From an uncultured Pseudobdellovibrionaceae bacterium (GTDB lineage: Bacteria > Bdellovibrionota > Bdellovibrionia > Bdellovibrionales > UBA1609): DNA of 64,000 nucleotides. Shown piece by piece: positions 45,212 through 55,674 of the stretch (its first letter is position 1; each line of letters begins with the position of its first letter). The notes under the pieces were generated by a model. The model did no database searches. It saw only the letters and a list, made by a program, of their open reading frames with translations, and was not told where the DNA came from. The stretch covers positions 832,001 through 896,000 of the forward strand of contig CAWDNU010000004.1 in assembly GCA_963803705.1 (NCBI GenBank), read 5' to 3'. A program made the translations under genes and the position numbers.

Positions 45212-45359
45212 TCATCTATTCTACTAAGAGCTGGATTAGCTGTATAGTGATCCTAGTTGTTTATAACTAGGCTGTAGTCGAGGTGACTGTCTAGCGCGCT
45301 TTGATGGCACAACTACATATGGAAACCGTGTACAGTTTCCATATGCCCTGGCGCTTTTC

Positions 45360-46745
45360 TTAGCGCAGCAATCCAACAATCTCTTTAAAGTAATTGCCGC
45401 GTTCGCGGTAATCATCAAACATATCAAAGCTCGAAGCACCCGGCGAAAGCAGGACTGTATCGTTGATTCTAGATTTGGAATAAGCCATATGTACGGCCTC
45501 ATCAAAAGTGCCGATCAAGAAAGTCTCACTGTAATCTCCGATATCTCGGTTTATACGTTCTTTAACCTCGCCATACAAAATCAATGTTTTTACTTTCTTT
45601 TTAATTTCATCTTTTAATGGTGCATAATTTAAACTAGTGTCCTTCCCACCCATAACCAAAATGACATTTTCCTCAAAAGCTTTAAGTGCTCTCATCACGG
45701 CGTGGACATTCGTCGCTTTAGAATCGTTAAAGAATTCAACTCCACCAACTTTTCGCACATATTCTAACCTGTGCTCGATACCTGTAAATGTGTCTATGAC
45801 CTCTTGAATAGCTTCATGAGATGCGTTGTGCTCTCTAACGGCCAAGATTGCTGCCATCATATTTTCAACTGCATGAAACCCTTTAAGCTTAATGTTTTTT
45901 ATAGAAAAAACCTCGATATCCGGTCCCGTGCGAACTTTAATTTCGTCATTTATTTGCACGGCCCCACCGATGTTCATAATTTGCGGTTCTAGATCTACTT
46001 TTCTGGAAAAGTAGTAGATCACTCCGCGCTGAACCGATGGGTCTCGAGCTAGTTCAACCACTGCTTTGTCGTCTGCATTCAAAATACTTGAAGTTTCTGA
46101 ACTTGTATTTAAAAAGATTTTTCTTTTTGCATTGATATAATCTTCCATCGTCTTATGTCGATCTAAATGATTCTCAGCCAAGTTCATGAAGACAATATTT
46201 TTCGGAGCAAATTCGACCACATGCTCAAGCATAAAACTAGACGCTTCAACAATTAGAACGTCAGCTTTCTGATCCTCGTTTAAATACGTAACCATTGGCT
46301 TACCGTAATTACCACCAACCCATACTTTTTTTCCTGATTTTTCAAGCATTTCTGCGATTAAAGAGACAGTGGTCGTTTTTCCGTTGGTACCGGTCACTGC
46401 AATAATCGATTCCTCAACAAATCTAGAAGCAAATTCAAACTCACCAGTGACCTGAACGCCATTACTTTTTGCGTAATCGAAAATTTTAAGTTGTGGAGAT
46501 ATACCCGGGCTTAAAACAATTAAGTCTTGTTGTAGAAAAACTTTCGGTGTGTGATTGCCCAAATCGAAATTCAATTCTAAGTCTTCGATATCTTCTAAAA
46601 AATTTGCTAGTTCAGCTTTAGACTTATGGTCACTGACTGTAACATTTGCGCCGTGCCTTACTAGAAACCTAGCTAGAGAGACACCAGTTTTCGCAAGACC
46701 GACAATTAAGATTTTTTTATCTTTTAAATTAGAAACATTTTGCAT
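45360..46745 (-). CDS. murD: UDP-MurNAc-L-Ala--D-glutamate ligase
   Basis: VTGTNGKTT, HLDRH, EHRLE, FNDSKATN, LLSPGASSFDMF. Confidence 0.96.
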   Translation of the reverse strand: MQNVSNLKDKKILIVGLAKTGVSLARFLVRHGANVTVSDHKSKAELANFLEDIEDLELNFDLGNHTPKVFLQQDLIVLSPGISPQLKIFDYAKSNGVQVTGEFEFASRFVEESIIAVTGTNGKTTTVSLIAEMLEKSGKKVWVGGNYGKPMVTYLNEDQKADVLIVEASSFMLEHVVEFAPKNIVFMNLAENHLDRHKTMEDYINAKRKIFLNTSSETSSILNADDKAVVELARDPSVQRGVIYYFSRKVDLEPQIMNIGGAVQINDEIKVRTGPDIEVFSIKNIKLKGFHAVENMMAAILAVREHNASHEAIQEVIDTFTGIEHRLEYVRKVGGVEFFNDSKATNVHAVMRALKAFEENVILVMGGKDTSLNYAPLKDEIKKKVKTLILYGEVKERINRDIGDYSETFLIGTFDEAVHMAYSKSRINDTVLLSPGASSFDMFDDYRERGNYFKEIVGLLR

Positions 46746-46763
46746 TTGAATAACTCCTTTAAG

Positions 46764-47840
46764 TTACCTTAGTTTTAAGGTCGCAAGCGACAAAGCAGCG
46801 AGTAAGATTGATATGATCCAAAACCTAACAATAATTTTTGATTCTTCTAATCCTTTAAGCTCAAAATGATGGTGTATCGGTGCCATTTTGAAAACACGTT
46901 TACCCCGAGTTTTAAAAGAAACCACCTGAGTTATTACAGATAAAGCTTCAACCACGAAAACTCCGCCTAACAAAACCATTAAAATCTCATTTTTTGTAAG
47001 TACAGCCATGATGCCTAAGAAACCACCTAAGCCTAAGCTGCCAACGTCTCCCATAAAAACTTGGGCAGGGTAAGAGTTGTACCAAAGAAAACCCATACCA
47101 GAGGCTATAAGTGCTGCGCATAAGATTGTAAGTTCACTGGAGCCAGCTACGAATGGAATTTGTAAGTATTCTGCAATTGAAAAATGGCCTGCAACATACG
47201 CAAAGATCAAAAGAGCGCTTGTAGCCACTATCACTGGCACGATCGCCAACCCGTCTAATCCGTCCGTTAAATTAACAGCGTTAGCACAACCAACCACAAC
47301 AAAAGCTGCAAATACAACGTAAAACCAACCTAATTCAAGAACAAAGTTTTTAAAGAATGGAAAACTTAGTGAAGTGGATTTTGCCCCTGTCCAGACCAGC
47401 ACACCAACAACAACAACAACTATCAAAAATTCAAAAAATAACCGGGTTTTACCAGGAAGACCTTTACTATTTTTTTTGCTGACTTTTAAAATATCGTCGA
47501 TGTACCCGATTACGCCAAAACCAACTGTAACTGTGATCACCGACCAAACTAACGGGTTCTTTAAATCCACCCATAACATGGCCGGAATCAAAAAGCTTAA
47601 CAGAATCAGTCCACCACCCATGGTTGGTGTTCCTTGTTTTTTCAAATGCGACTGCGGTCCGTCATCACGAATTGACTGCTTTCTTTGTTTTTTAGCCAAA
47701 CCTTTAATGAAAAATGGTCCCCAGAAAACGCACAAGATAAATGAAGTAAAAAAAGTAATAAAAGTCCGGGTAGTTACGTACCTGAAAACATTAGCCCAGC
47801 TTTGATCAAGACCAATAGTTTGCAAAAGTTGGTAGATCAA
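46764..47840 (-). CDS. mraY: phospho-N-acetylmuramoyl-pentapeptide transferase
   Basis: [36 protein letters not shown]. Confidence 0.97.
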   Translation of the reverse strand: MIYQLLQTIGLDQSWANVFRYVTTRTFITFFTSFILCVFWGPFFIKGLAKKQRKQSIRDDGPQSHLKKQGTPTMGGGLILLSFLIPAMLWVDLKNPLVWSVITVTVGFGVIGYIDDILKVSKKNSKGLPGKTRLFFEFLIVVVVVGVLVWTGAKSTSLSFPFFKNFVLELGWFYVVFAAFVVVGCANAVNLTDGLDGLAIVPVIVATSALLIFAYVAGHFSIAEYLQIPFVAGSSELTILCAALIASGMGFLWYNSYPAQVFMGDVGSLGLGGFLGIMAVLTKNEILMVLLGGVFVVEALSVITQVVSFKTRGKRVFKMAPIHHHFELKGLEESKIIVRFWIISILLAALSLATLKLR

Positions 47841-47887
47841 TGACGTGTCCTCTAAATGAAAATCTAATTGTTTTTAACTAGCAAAAA

Positions 47888-49312
47888 TTAATCGATAAAA
47901 TCTTTAAGAAATCTTTCTAAGCCGATGCCTCTTGAAGCTTTTAATGCAACCCAATCATTGGGTTTTAGCATACTTTTATAATCCATTGCAAGCGAATCTT
48001 CATAAGTATTTGATATTATAAGGTTTTTTGAATTTCCAGACTGTAAAAATCCTTCTGAAAAAGCTTTCGAAGATGGTCCAATAAACCAAACTTTTCGGTG
48101 GGGCGTCTTGGACACTTGCTGTCCTAATTCGTAGTGCAGCTTACTAGTCTGCTCCCCCATTTCTAACATTTCTCCTAAAACGAAATACGGCGGCTTAGCT
48201 AAGTATTCAGTCTGTTTTAGAAAAGCGTGCATGCTTTCAGGATTAGCATTGTAAGCGTCGAAATAAATAGACACCTCGTTTTTGGATTTAAGTATTTCGC
48301 TTCGTCCCCAAACTGGTTTCAAAAGTTTAAGCTGTTTCCAAACTTTTTCAGCTTGAATTCCTGCTGCCACAGCTACACCCGCTGCAATAGCAACATTGTA
48401 GACGTGGTGCTCACCAGCAATGGGGATCTTGGCAGAGTCACTGACTCCGAGGATACGACCTTCAATTTCGAATTCAGAAAAATCTAAATGAACCACCTTT
48501 AAATATATATCTGCAGTTTCATCTTTGGTCGAAATCCTTAGAAGCTTGTAATTTTGTGAATTCAAATTTTTAGAGAATTTTTCCTGATAATCTTTCCAGA
48601 TTCTTGGATCATCAATATTTATGAGGTGGGTTTGTCCTTCATTATAAATATTCATCTTTTCACGTAGTACACCCTCTATGCTTCCCACCCCTTCCAAGTG
48701 TCCGCGACCTACCATAGTGATCACCGATACATTTGGTTTAACCAAATCTGTTAGTTTTGCGATTTCGCCAGGACGGTTCATTCCAATTTCAATTAAGGCT
48801 ACTTTATGCTCAGGTTTTAATTCTAGCAGTGTCATAGGAACCCCTATGTGGTTATTGAAGCTTTTCGGCGAAAAGTAATGTGGAACTAGTCCCTCTAGAA
48901 TCTGATGGCTAAAATATTTAGCTGAAGTTTTTCCAGTAGTTCCAGTGATAGCAACTTTCAGAATATCATGCTTGCTGGCCGACTTAGCGGAAATTTTTTG
49001 AAAAGCCATTTCAGTGTCGTTAACGACAAAAAAAGTAGCTTGATCCATCTTTGTGTAATCTGCTTTTGTTTTAAATTGAACAAACTGTTTGGCTTGCACT
49101 AAAAAACCGCGAGCTCCATTTTGATAAGCTTGAAATAAGAAATCATGGGCATCGAACTTTTCGCCTACTAAAGCAATAAAGATCGCGCCCATTTTTTTTT
49201 CTCTTGAATCAGTGGACCACTGTGTCCAATTGTGGTCCAACTTTTCAGGGCCGATAAATTGGATCAGTGACTTATCGAGAGCGTTTTTTATGTCATGATT
49301 TGATAAATTCAA
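47888..49312 (-). CDS. murF: UDP-MurNAc-tripeptide--D-Ala-D-Ala ligase
   Basis: STDSR, FDAHDF, SFNNHIGVP, EIGMN, DAYNANPESM, GEMLEMG, LKASRG. Confidence 0.95.
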   Translation of the reverse strand: MNLSNHDIKNALDKSLIQFIGPEKLDHNWTQWSTDSREKKMGAIFIALVGEKFDAHDFLFQAYQNGARGFLVQAKQFVQFKTKADYTKMDQATFFVVNDTEMAFQKISAKSASKHDILKVAITGTTGKTSAKYFSHQILEGLVPHYFSPKSFNNHIGVPMTLLELKPEHKVALIEIGMNRPGEIAKLTDLVKPNVSVITMVGRGHLEGVGSIEGVLREKMNIYNEGQTHLINIDDPRIWKDYQEKFSKNLNSQNYKLLRISTKDETADIYLKVVHLDFSEFEIEGRILGVSDSAKIPIAGEHHVYNVAIAAGVAVAAGIQAEKVWKQLKLLKPVWGRSEILKSKNEVSIYFDAYNANPESMHAFLKQTEYLAKPPYFVLGEMLEMGEQTSKLHYELGQQVSKTPHRKVWFIGPSSKAFSEGFLQSGNSKNLIISNTYEDSLAMDYKSMLKPNDWVALKASRGIGLERFLKDFID

Positions 49313-49315
49313 AGT

Positions 49316-50878
49316 TTAATCCTCCGCGGACTCAATGGTTTCAACGGCAACCTCGTAATCGTTAAATTCAATAGTCCCATCGTTTAATATTTGGTAGGTC
49401 TCGTGTCCTTTACCGGCAATCAGTAGCACATCGTCGACAGTTTTCAAAAAAGTTAAGCCCAGTTGAATTGCCTTTCTCCTATCTAATTCAACCATATACC
49501 GCAAGCCTCTTGAATCAAAACCAGACAAGATATCGGCTAAAATTCGCTCTGGATCTTCGCCCCTAGGGTTGTCGTTGGTGATGATCTGCACATCTGAATT
49601 TTGTTGTGCCACTTTGAACATTGTTGACCGTTTAGCTTTATCTCGTTCTCCACCACACCCAAAGACAACAATTAGATGTCCCTGACAAATATCCTTTAAA
49701 CTTTTTAGACTCTTTTCTAAAGCATCTGGGGTGTGCGAATAGTCTACAAATACAGACTTGGGCTTTGAGGTTAAAACTTTTTGTAATCGTCCAGGAATTC
49801 CTTTAAAATGTAGCGCCGATTCAGTAAGTTTTGTTTTTTCATAACCCAGTGATTTACAAGCTAAAATGGCCTGAGCCCAATTCACGGCCTGAAATCGCCC
49901 CACAATGGGTAATGTAAATTTCCACTTATCCGCGTTTAAATTTAATTGGTTATTTTTAAAAACATCAAAATAGATATCAAATTCTAATCTCTTTAGGTCA
50001 TGCCTAATTAGCCGAAGCACATTAAACTTACAATTTGGGTTTTTAGTTTGCGCCTGAACCATCAGTGTACGGATCTGATCATCTTTGGAAAGCTCAATAA
50101 AATCTACTGTTTCAAATAAAATTTCAACTTCTCCGAACTCGGGAGTATAAGTTCTAATCCACTCGTCTGAATAGTTTAATATCGATGTTTTGACAGTCTT
50201 CTTAGATTCTTTTAACAGGTTTTCGAACAAGCTAATTTTACTTTGGAAGTAGTTCTGAAAATTACCATGATAGTCTAAATGATCTTCTGATAAATTGGTA
50301 AATACCGCCACATCTAAATCTATTCCCAAAGCTCTTTGCTGATCCAGTGCATGACTAGATATTTCTAAAGCCATTGCCTTAGCACCCAAAGATTTCATCT
50401 CTTGAATTCGTGGGAACAGGGTTTCAGGCCCTGGAGTAGTAAGATTTGTGTTCCATGACTTTACCTTACCGTCTAGATTTAAATGATGATCAATCGTTCC
50501 AATAACTCCGCAAGGAAGGTCGCAGAAATTCAAAATATGTTCAACCATCAAAGAGATTGACGTCTTGCCATTCGTTCCAGTCACCCCACATACAAATATA
50601 TCTTCTGATGAATTTTTTGATTTCATTTTCCAAGCTTCGGCCCAAGATTTTTTGGTATCCCGAACCTTAAATACATGAAGGTTCTTTAAGTGTCGTAAAG
50701 GCTTATCGTCTTCAACTATAAAGTGCCTGCAACCTTGGGTGTATGCATCCTCTAAAAACTTATGGCCATCTTGGCTAGTCCCGGTCAAGGCTATAAATAT
50801 AGCACTTGAGTCAGCTGACCTAGAGTCTGCAGTCAAATTTAGTGCCGAATGAATTTCAAGATAATTGATAAGGGTCAC
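49316..50878 (-). CDS. murE: UDP-MurNAc-dipeptide--meso-DAP ligase
   Basis: GVTGTNGKTS, LTTP, EISSH, DHLDYH, VDYSHTPDAL, DNPR (DAP-specific), AGKGHE. Confidence 0.96.
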   Translation of the reverse strand: MTLINYLEIHSALNLTADSRSADSSAIFIALTGTSQDGHKFLEDAYTQGCRHFIVEDDKPLRHLKNLHVFKVRDTKKSWAEAWKMKSKNSSEDIFVCGVTGTNGKTSISLMVEHILNFCDLPCGVIGTIDHHLNLDGKVKSWNTNLTTPGPETLFPRIQEMKSLGAKAMALEISSHALDQQRALGIDLDVAVFTNLSEDHLDYHGNFQNYFQSKISLFENLLKESKKTVKTSILNYSDEWIRTYTPEFGEVEILFETVDFIELSKDDQIRTLMVQAQTKNPNCKFNVLRLIRHDLKRLEFDIYFDVFKNNQLNLNADKWKFTLPIVGRFQAVNWAQAILACKSLGYEKTKLTESALHFKGIPGRLQKVLTSKPKSVFVDYSHTPDALEKSLKSLKDICQGHLIVVFGCGGERDKAKRSTMFKVAQQNSDVQIITNDNPRGEDPERILADILSGFDSRGLRYMVELDRRKAIQLGLTFLKTVDDVLLIAGKGHETYQILNDGTIEFNDYEVAVETIESAED

Positions 50879-50993
50879 GGCTTAAAGTATTATAAATAAG
50901 TTTATTAAATGCAATTGTATACTCAGCCACATTTATAATGTAGTGACAGTTTAAAAAGATTGTTGGAAGCTCAACAGAGTTCAAAGGACCTAT

Positions 50994-51878
50994 ATGCCAA
51001 AAGAAAAACCGACGTTTCTACCTGAAAACCACGATGAAACTGAGCGCAGCCTAGAAAGAAAGTCTGAAGACCAGCACTATACACCGGTAATAATAAAACG
51101 AAATGATCAGGCTGTTCGCCATCCAGACGACACTTTGAAATTTGGGATTGAAGAGGCCGTCGAGCAGCATGATCGCCCACGGATGTCGCTACTTCTTTCG
51201 TCTATTTCGGCTGGACTGATACTTGGATTTGCAGGAATGTGTGTTGCTTTGATGTCACAGCTTTATCCATCTTCTGATGGGGCTTTGATGAATAGATTGG
51301 CTTGTGCATTTATTTACCCCTTGGGTTTCATTGTGTGCGTAATGAGTGGAACGCAGCTGTTTACCGAGCAGACAGCGACTGCTTTATATTCGGTTTTAGA
51401 TAAAAGATCGACAGTTGTATCATTATTGTCTTTGTGGTCAGTTGTTCTGATTGGTAATTTCATTGGAACTTTTCTATGTTCAGTTTTACTATATTTAGCG
51501 GAACCAGTAATTGTAGCTAATAATGGCTTTGAATCAGTAATGGGACATCTGTTGAGCTACAGTTTTTCTGAAGTTTTTTTTAGTGCCATTTTGGCTGGCT
51601 GGTTGATGGCCCAAGGTGGTTGGTTGGTCTTAGCGACCCCCCCGGCTATCACCCAGTTGGCGTGCATTTACACTGTAACTTTTATTATTGGCTTTGGTGG
51701 ACTTCATCATTCGATAGCAGGCTCAGCAGAAATATTTAGTGGGCTAATCAGAAGCTCGAATCCAGATTTTTTAAAATCTGCATCTTTTTTAACAAGCGCA
51801 GTTTTAGGAAATTTATTAGGAGGCGCTATTTTCGTTGCGATACTAAACTACGGTCATATTAAAAAGACGCAGTCCTAG
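50994..51878 (+). CDS. formate/nitrite transporter (FNT) family protein, YfdC-like
   Basis: Six TM segments; SAGLILGF, YPLGF, QLFTEQT, GNFIG, AGWLMA, HHSIAGSAE, GNLLGG. Confidence 0.85.
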   Translation: MPKEKPTFLPENHDETERSLERKSEDQHYTPVIIKRNDQAVRHPDDTLKFGIEEAVEQHDRPRMSLLLSSISAGLILGFAGMCVALMSQLYPSSDGALMNRLACAFIYPLGFIVCVMSGTQLFTEQTATALYSVLDKRSTVVSLLSLWSVVLIGNFIGTFLCSVLLYLAEPVIVANNGFESVMGHLLSYSFSEVFFSAILAGWLMAQGGWLVLATPPAITQLACIYTVTFIIGFGGLHHSIAGSAEIFSGLIRSSNPDFLKSASFLTSAVLGNLLGGAIFVAILNYGHIKKTQS

Positions 51879-53777
51879 TCACTCAAGCTTGACCAATATT
51901 TTAGAACCTTCTTCCAGGTTGCGGCCTTTGCTATAAATAACTTTGGTAACTAAACCTTGACCATGAAACTTAAATTGCACAGGTTTGCTCTTTAAAAATC
52001 TTAAAGCCTCTCTTAGGGTTAAGCCCTTCAAAGTTTCGGATGTACCATTTAAATTAGGCTGGTAATCGCACTCGTTTGATCTACACTTCATAATTTCGTG
52101 AGATAGCAAATTCGTTGGTGGTATAAACTCTTTGTTCAAAATAAATCGAGCCATTTCAGAAAAAGCAGGTGCTGCGACTTCGGAGCCATAATATTTTCCT
52201 TTTGGTTCGTCCACAGCTATATAAATCACAAATCTTGGTTTTTCCGCGGGAACCATACCAACAAAGGAACTTAAGTATTTCTTTCTAAAGTATCCCCCAT
52301 TTTCCAGATCCACCTTGTTTGCGGTGCCTGTTTTTCCTGCCACCAAATACCCCTCGACTGCAGCGTTAGTTCCTGTGCCACCTTCTTGAGTCACTTGGGT
52401 TAACATTGCTCTTAGCATTTGAGCAGTAGATTTTGACATTACCCTTCTTGAGAACCTCTTAAGGTTTTGCGAAAGTCCTGAAGGTGAAATAATTTTTTCC
52501 ACCATGTAGGGCTGTTCTAAAATGCCGTCGTTTGCAATAGCAGCATAGGCCGTTGCGACTTGAATAGGAGTGGCCGTGAAACCGTGACCAAAAGAAGCTG
52601 ACGCTAGTAAATGTTTGGACCACTTTTTGGTCCTGAAAATACCTTTTGATTCTCCGGGAAAGTCTATATTCGTTTTTTGCCCAAACCCAATTTTTTCATA
52701 AAAAGATCTCATCTTTTCTTCGCCTAGACCAAGTGCCATCTGGGTTAAGACAACATTCGATGAAACTTTTAATCCTTGTGTTAAAGTCATAACTTCACAT
52801 TTTAGCTTTTTGGAATCTGTGATTGAACGACGGCCAATTTTTATTTTCCCATCTAAACAAGCAAACTCAGAGCCTGGCTTGAATAGTCCTGATTCTAAGG
52901 CAGCGGCTACTGCAATTGGTTTTATATTACTGCCTTGCTCTAAAGCTTCATGAAATAAAAAGTTTTTGCCTATGTTTTTTCTTGAAGTTAATGAGGCATT
53001 TCCATCATAAGCTGGCCACTGCGCAGCTGCTCTGATGGCGCCTGTTTTTGTGTCCATGACTAAGCCATAAGCTTTTTTAGGCTGGTGATTGTTGAAAATT
53101 TTTTTCAACTGCATTTCTAAAAAACGCTGATATTCGGAATCTAAGGTTAAAATCAAATCGCTTCCTTCAGGAGGATTAGTATATTGCTCGGGGTTTACTG
53201 ATAGCGGTCGACCTTTGGCATCTCTTGATACCCTTAGGGCAACGTCTTTTCCTGCTAGATAGTCATTGTAATAGTACTCCAAACCCTCTAGTCCATGGCC
53301 CTCAGATCCAACAAAACCCAAAACTGACGATGAAACTTCACGGCCAGGATACTGCCTTTGAGGTTCACTTACAAAATATAGGCCCGATATATTTAATTCC
53401 TGAATTTTATTTTTGACGTCTAGCTTTATTCTGCGCCTTAACCAAACAAATCTAGACTGTCGATTCATTTTTCTTTCTAACACTGAAGCATTGGCTCTTA
53501 AAAGTTTAGCAATTTTTTTCGAAGCCAGCCTAGAGCTTTTTATATTTTGAGGGTCTGCAAATACCGAATAAGTAGGCTCGTTGATAGCCAATTCTTTTTC
53601 TTTTCTATCGTAAATTCGGCCACGCCTAGCTTGAATATTTATTGTTTTGTAAAATTGTATTTTTTTGTATCTATCTAGTTTTTTATGAGGAAGGATTTGA
53701 ATGTTCGCACCCTGTCCCAAGATCGAACAAAAGATCAAAAGCTTTAAGGCGAAAAAAAGTCTGATAAATGTTTTCAA
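51879..53777 (-). CDS. ftsI: penicillin-binding protein 3 / FtsI
   Basis: RGRIYDR, RQYP, GLEGLE, catalytic SNIK, SSN, KTG; C-terminal PASTA-like segment. Confidence 0.93.
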   Translation of the reverse strand: MKTFIRLFFALKLLIFCSILGQGANIQILPHKKLDRYKKIQFYKTINIQARRGRIYDRKEKELAINEPTYSVFADPQNIKSSRLASKKIAKLLRANASVLERKMNRQSRFVWLRRRIKLDVKNKIQELNISGLYFVSEPQRQYPGREVSSSVLGFVGSEGHGLEGLEYYYNDYLAGKDVALRVSRDAKGRPLSVNPEQYTNPPEGSDLILTLDSEYQRFLEMQLKKIFNNHQPKKAYGLVMDTKTGAIRAAAQWPAYDGNASLTSRKNIGKNFLFHEALEQGSNIKPIAVAAALESGLFKPGSEFACLDGKIKIGRRSITDSKKLKCEVMTLTQGLKVSSNVVLTQMALGLGEEKMRSFYEKIGFGQKTNIDFPGESKGIFRTKKWSKHLLASASFGHGFTATPIQVATAYAAIANDGILEQPYMVEKIISPSGLSQNLKRFSRRVMSKSTAQMLRAMLTQVTQEGGTGTNAAVEGYLVAGKTGTANKVDLENGGYFRKKYLSSFVGMVPAEKPRFVIYIAVDEPKGKYYGSEVAAPAFSEMARFILNKEFIPPTNLLSHEIMKCRSNECDYQPNLNGTSETLKGLTLREALRFLKSKPVQFKFHGQGLVTKVIYSKGRNLEEGSKILVKLE

Positions 53778-53791
53778 TTTTTAAACCTCTG

Positions 53792-54106
53792 TTATTCCTT
53801 AACCATAAATGATGTCGAACCAATATTTATAATTTTACCTATAGTAGGACTCTTAATCTGAATTGACCCTAAGGCTAAGCTGGTGATGGTTTTATCTGAT
53901 ATCTTTCTTGAATAATCTGTGTGCAAGTCTCTGTACTCGTCGTCATGAATTTTGAACTCTGAAGATAGCTTGTATATTTCATAAGATTTTCTTTTAAGCT
54001 CCATTCTGGTGAACAATATCGACATCGCAGTGGTTAAAAAAATTATAAGCGACAAAAAAAAGTTTAAGCCTAATTTTTGACTATCAGTAGTTTTTTTATT
54101 ACTCAT
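53792..54106 (-). CDS. ftsL: cell division protein FtsL-like
   Basis: 104 aa, single TM then coiled coil, located between rsmH and ftsI. Confidence 0.6.
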   Translation of the reverse strand: MSNKKTTDSQKLGLNFFLSLIIFLTTAMSILFTRMELKRKSYEIYKLSSEFKIHDDEYRDLHTDYSRKISDKTITSLALGSIQIKSPTIGKIINIGSTSFMVKE

Positions 54107-55110
54107 GTTTTTTCTCCTTTTTGTTCGGTCTTCACAGTGTTACCTTGAGGGCTATTACGCCCCGACTTCATAGTTTTACCTTGAGGGCTACTACGCCCCG
54201 ACTTTAGAGATTTAATTTTCGTGCCTTTTTCGAAAACTCGAAGAAGTGCGCTTCTAGATCTTGGATTATTTATTATCTCTTCGCGGCCTGGCTTAATTAC
54301 TTTTTTTGTGACTGGAAAACCTATAGTTGAATTCCTAAATATGTGTTTAACAATTCTATCTTCCAATGAGTGAAAGGTAAGAACTAACAAGCGGCCCCCA
54401 TCTTTTAAGCATGTCATTATTTCTGGCAAAGAACTTTTTAAGCCTTCCAGCTCGTTATTTACTGCCATCCTTAAGGCCAAAAAATACCTTGTAGCTGGAT
54501 GAGAGCCTTTTTTTCTCCAGCCCTCAACGCCTTCAACTAATTTTGACAATTCTAAAGTAGTTTCAAAGAAATTTTTCTTACGTCGAAGTATAATTTCACG
54601 AGTCACTCTAGCTGGATTATAAATTTCGCCATAAGTTTTAAATATTTCGTTAAGCTCTTCTTCATCATATTCATTAACTATGGTCGATGCTTTCAAAACT
54701 TGATTTTGATCCATCCTCATGTCTAGTGGTCCGTCGTTGTAGAAACTAAAACCTCTTTGAGCCTGGTCTAACTGAGGGGAACTTACCCCTAAATCCATGA
54801 GAATAAGATCGAAGTTCTGCTTAATATGATTCTCTTTAGAGTACTTGATCCAAGTGTGAAAATTCGAATGGTGAAATTCTGCCGATGAGTCAAGATTAAT
54901 TTCAATGAATTTGTTTCTTGTCTCATCTATTGCCTGCAGATCCTGATCAACACCTACACAGTATAAATCTTTAAATTCGGACATAAAGGCTATGGCGTGA
55001 CCTCCGCGGCCTAAAGTCAGATCTAAAAATCTTTTGGGGGGGCGATTTAAATTTTGAATCTGACTTACGCACTCATCTTTCAATACGGGAATATGTTTAA
55101 AGGCCATCAC
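54103..55110 (-). CDS. rsmH: 16S rRNA m4C1402 methyltransferase
   Basis: HIPVL, DLTLGRGGHA, DLGVSSPQLD, GPLDMRMD, TFHSLEDRIVK, NPRSRSA. Confidence 0.96.
   Translation of the reverse strand: MMAFKHIPVLKDECVSQIQNLNRPPKRFLDLTLGRGGHAIAFMSEFKDLYCVGVDQDLQAIDETRNKFIEINLDSSAEFHHSNFHTWIKYSKENHIKQNFDLILMDLGVSSPQLDQAQRGFSFYNDGPLDMRMDQNQVLKASTIVNEYDEEELNEIFKTYGEIYNPARVTREIILRRKKNFFETTLELSKLVEGVEGWRKKGSHPATRYFLALRMAVNNELEGLKSSLPEIMTCLKDGGRLLVLTFHSLEDRIVKHIFRNSTIGFPVTKKVIKPGREEIINNPRSRSALLRVFEKGTKIKSLKSGRSSPQGKTMKSGRNSPQGNTVKTEQKGEKT
54136..54207. repeat. 36-bp tandem duplication in the rsmH 3' end
   Basis: Two near-identical 36-bp units encoding KSGRSSPQGKTM and KSGRNSPQGNTV. Confidence 0.85.
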
Positions 55111-55562
55111 TCTTTCCCCTGTTGAAATTGACTAACAGCTTTTAAGATATCATCGTAGTTGGTGGCGATATCAGAAAATATTTTTTGCCATGAATTCTCG
55201 TTCCATAATTCAATCTTCTGACCCATTCCTATGGCCACGATTTTGGATTCTAAGCCTGCGAATTCTCTAAGTAGAGTTGGGATAAGCAAACGGTCTTGGG
55301 AATCTTTATTTACTGGTTGTGCGCTAGAGACATAAAATCTTTGGAATGCCTGAACATGAGAGTCAAACTGAGGAAGACCAGCCATTTTAAGCTCAATTTT
55401 ATGCCACTCTGCTAGAGAGTATAAATCTAGACACTTCTCATTTTTGTAAATAGAGTTTGTTATGACGAAGCCACTGTTCACCTGATCGGTAATAAAACCT
55501 GTAGGCAGTCGCAGACGGCCTTTTTGGTCCATTTTAAGATGATAGCGTCCTTGATAGTCCAA
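55107..55562 (-). CDS. mraZ: transcriptional regulator MraZ
   Basis: DQKGRLRLP and DSQDRLLIP AbrB-like motifs; first gene of the dcw cluster. Confidence 0.92.
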   Translation of the reverse strand: MDYQGRYHLKMDQKGRLRLPTGFITDQVNSGFVITNSIYKNEKCLDLYSLAEWHKIELKMAGLPQFDSHVQAFQRFYVSSAQPVNKDSQDRLLIPTLLREFAGLESKIVAIGMGQKIELWNENSWQKIFSDIATNYDDILKAVSQFQQGKE

Positions 55563-55598
55563 TTAACTCCCTATTTACTTTGTAAATACTGATTTAAA

Positions 55599-55623
55599 CC
55601 ACTTTTATCCACTAATTACCACT
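55599..55623 (-). promoter_or_regulatory. MraZ-binding repeats (dcw box)
   Basis: Three AGTGG repeats at exact 10-bp period (plus-strand CCACT at 55599, 55609, 55619) upstream of mraZ. Confidence 0.8.
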
Positions 55624-55674
55624 TCGGTGGGTTGATGCTGAATATTTAGTGTATTTTCTGGGAAACATCTAGAT

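Noticed and set aside
45236..45505. 89-aa minus-strand ORF
   Set aside because: Out-of-frame overlap with the murD 3' end; no protein-like features.
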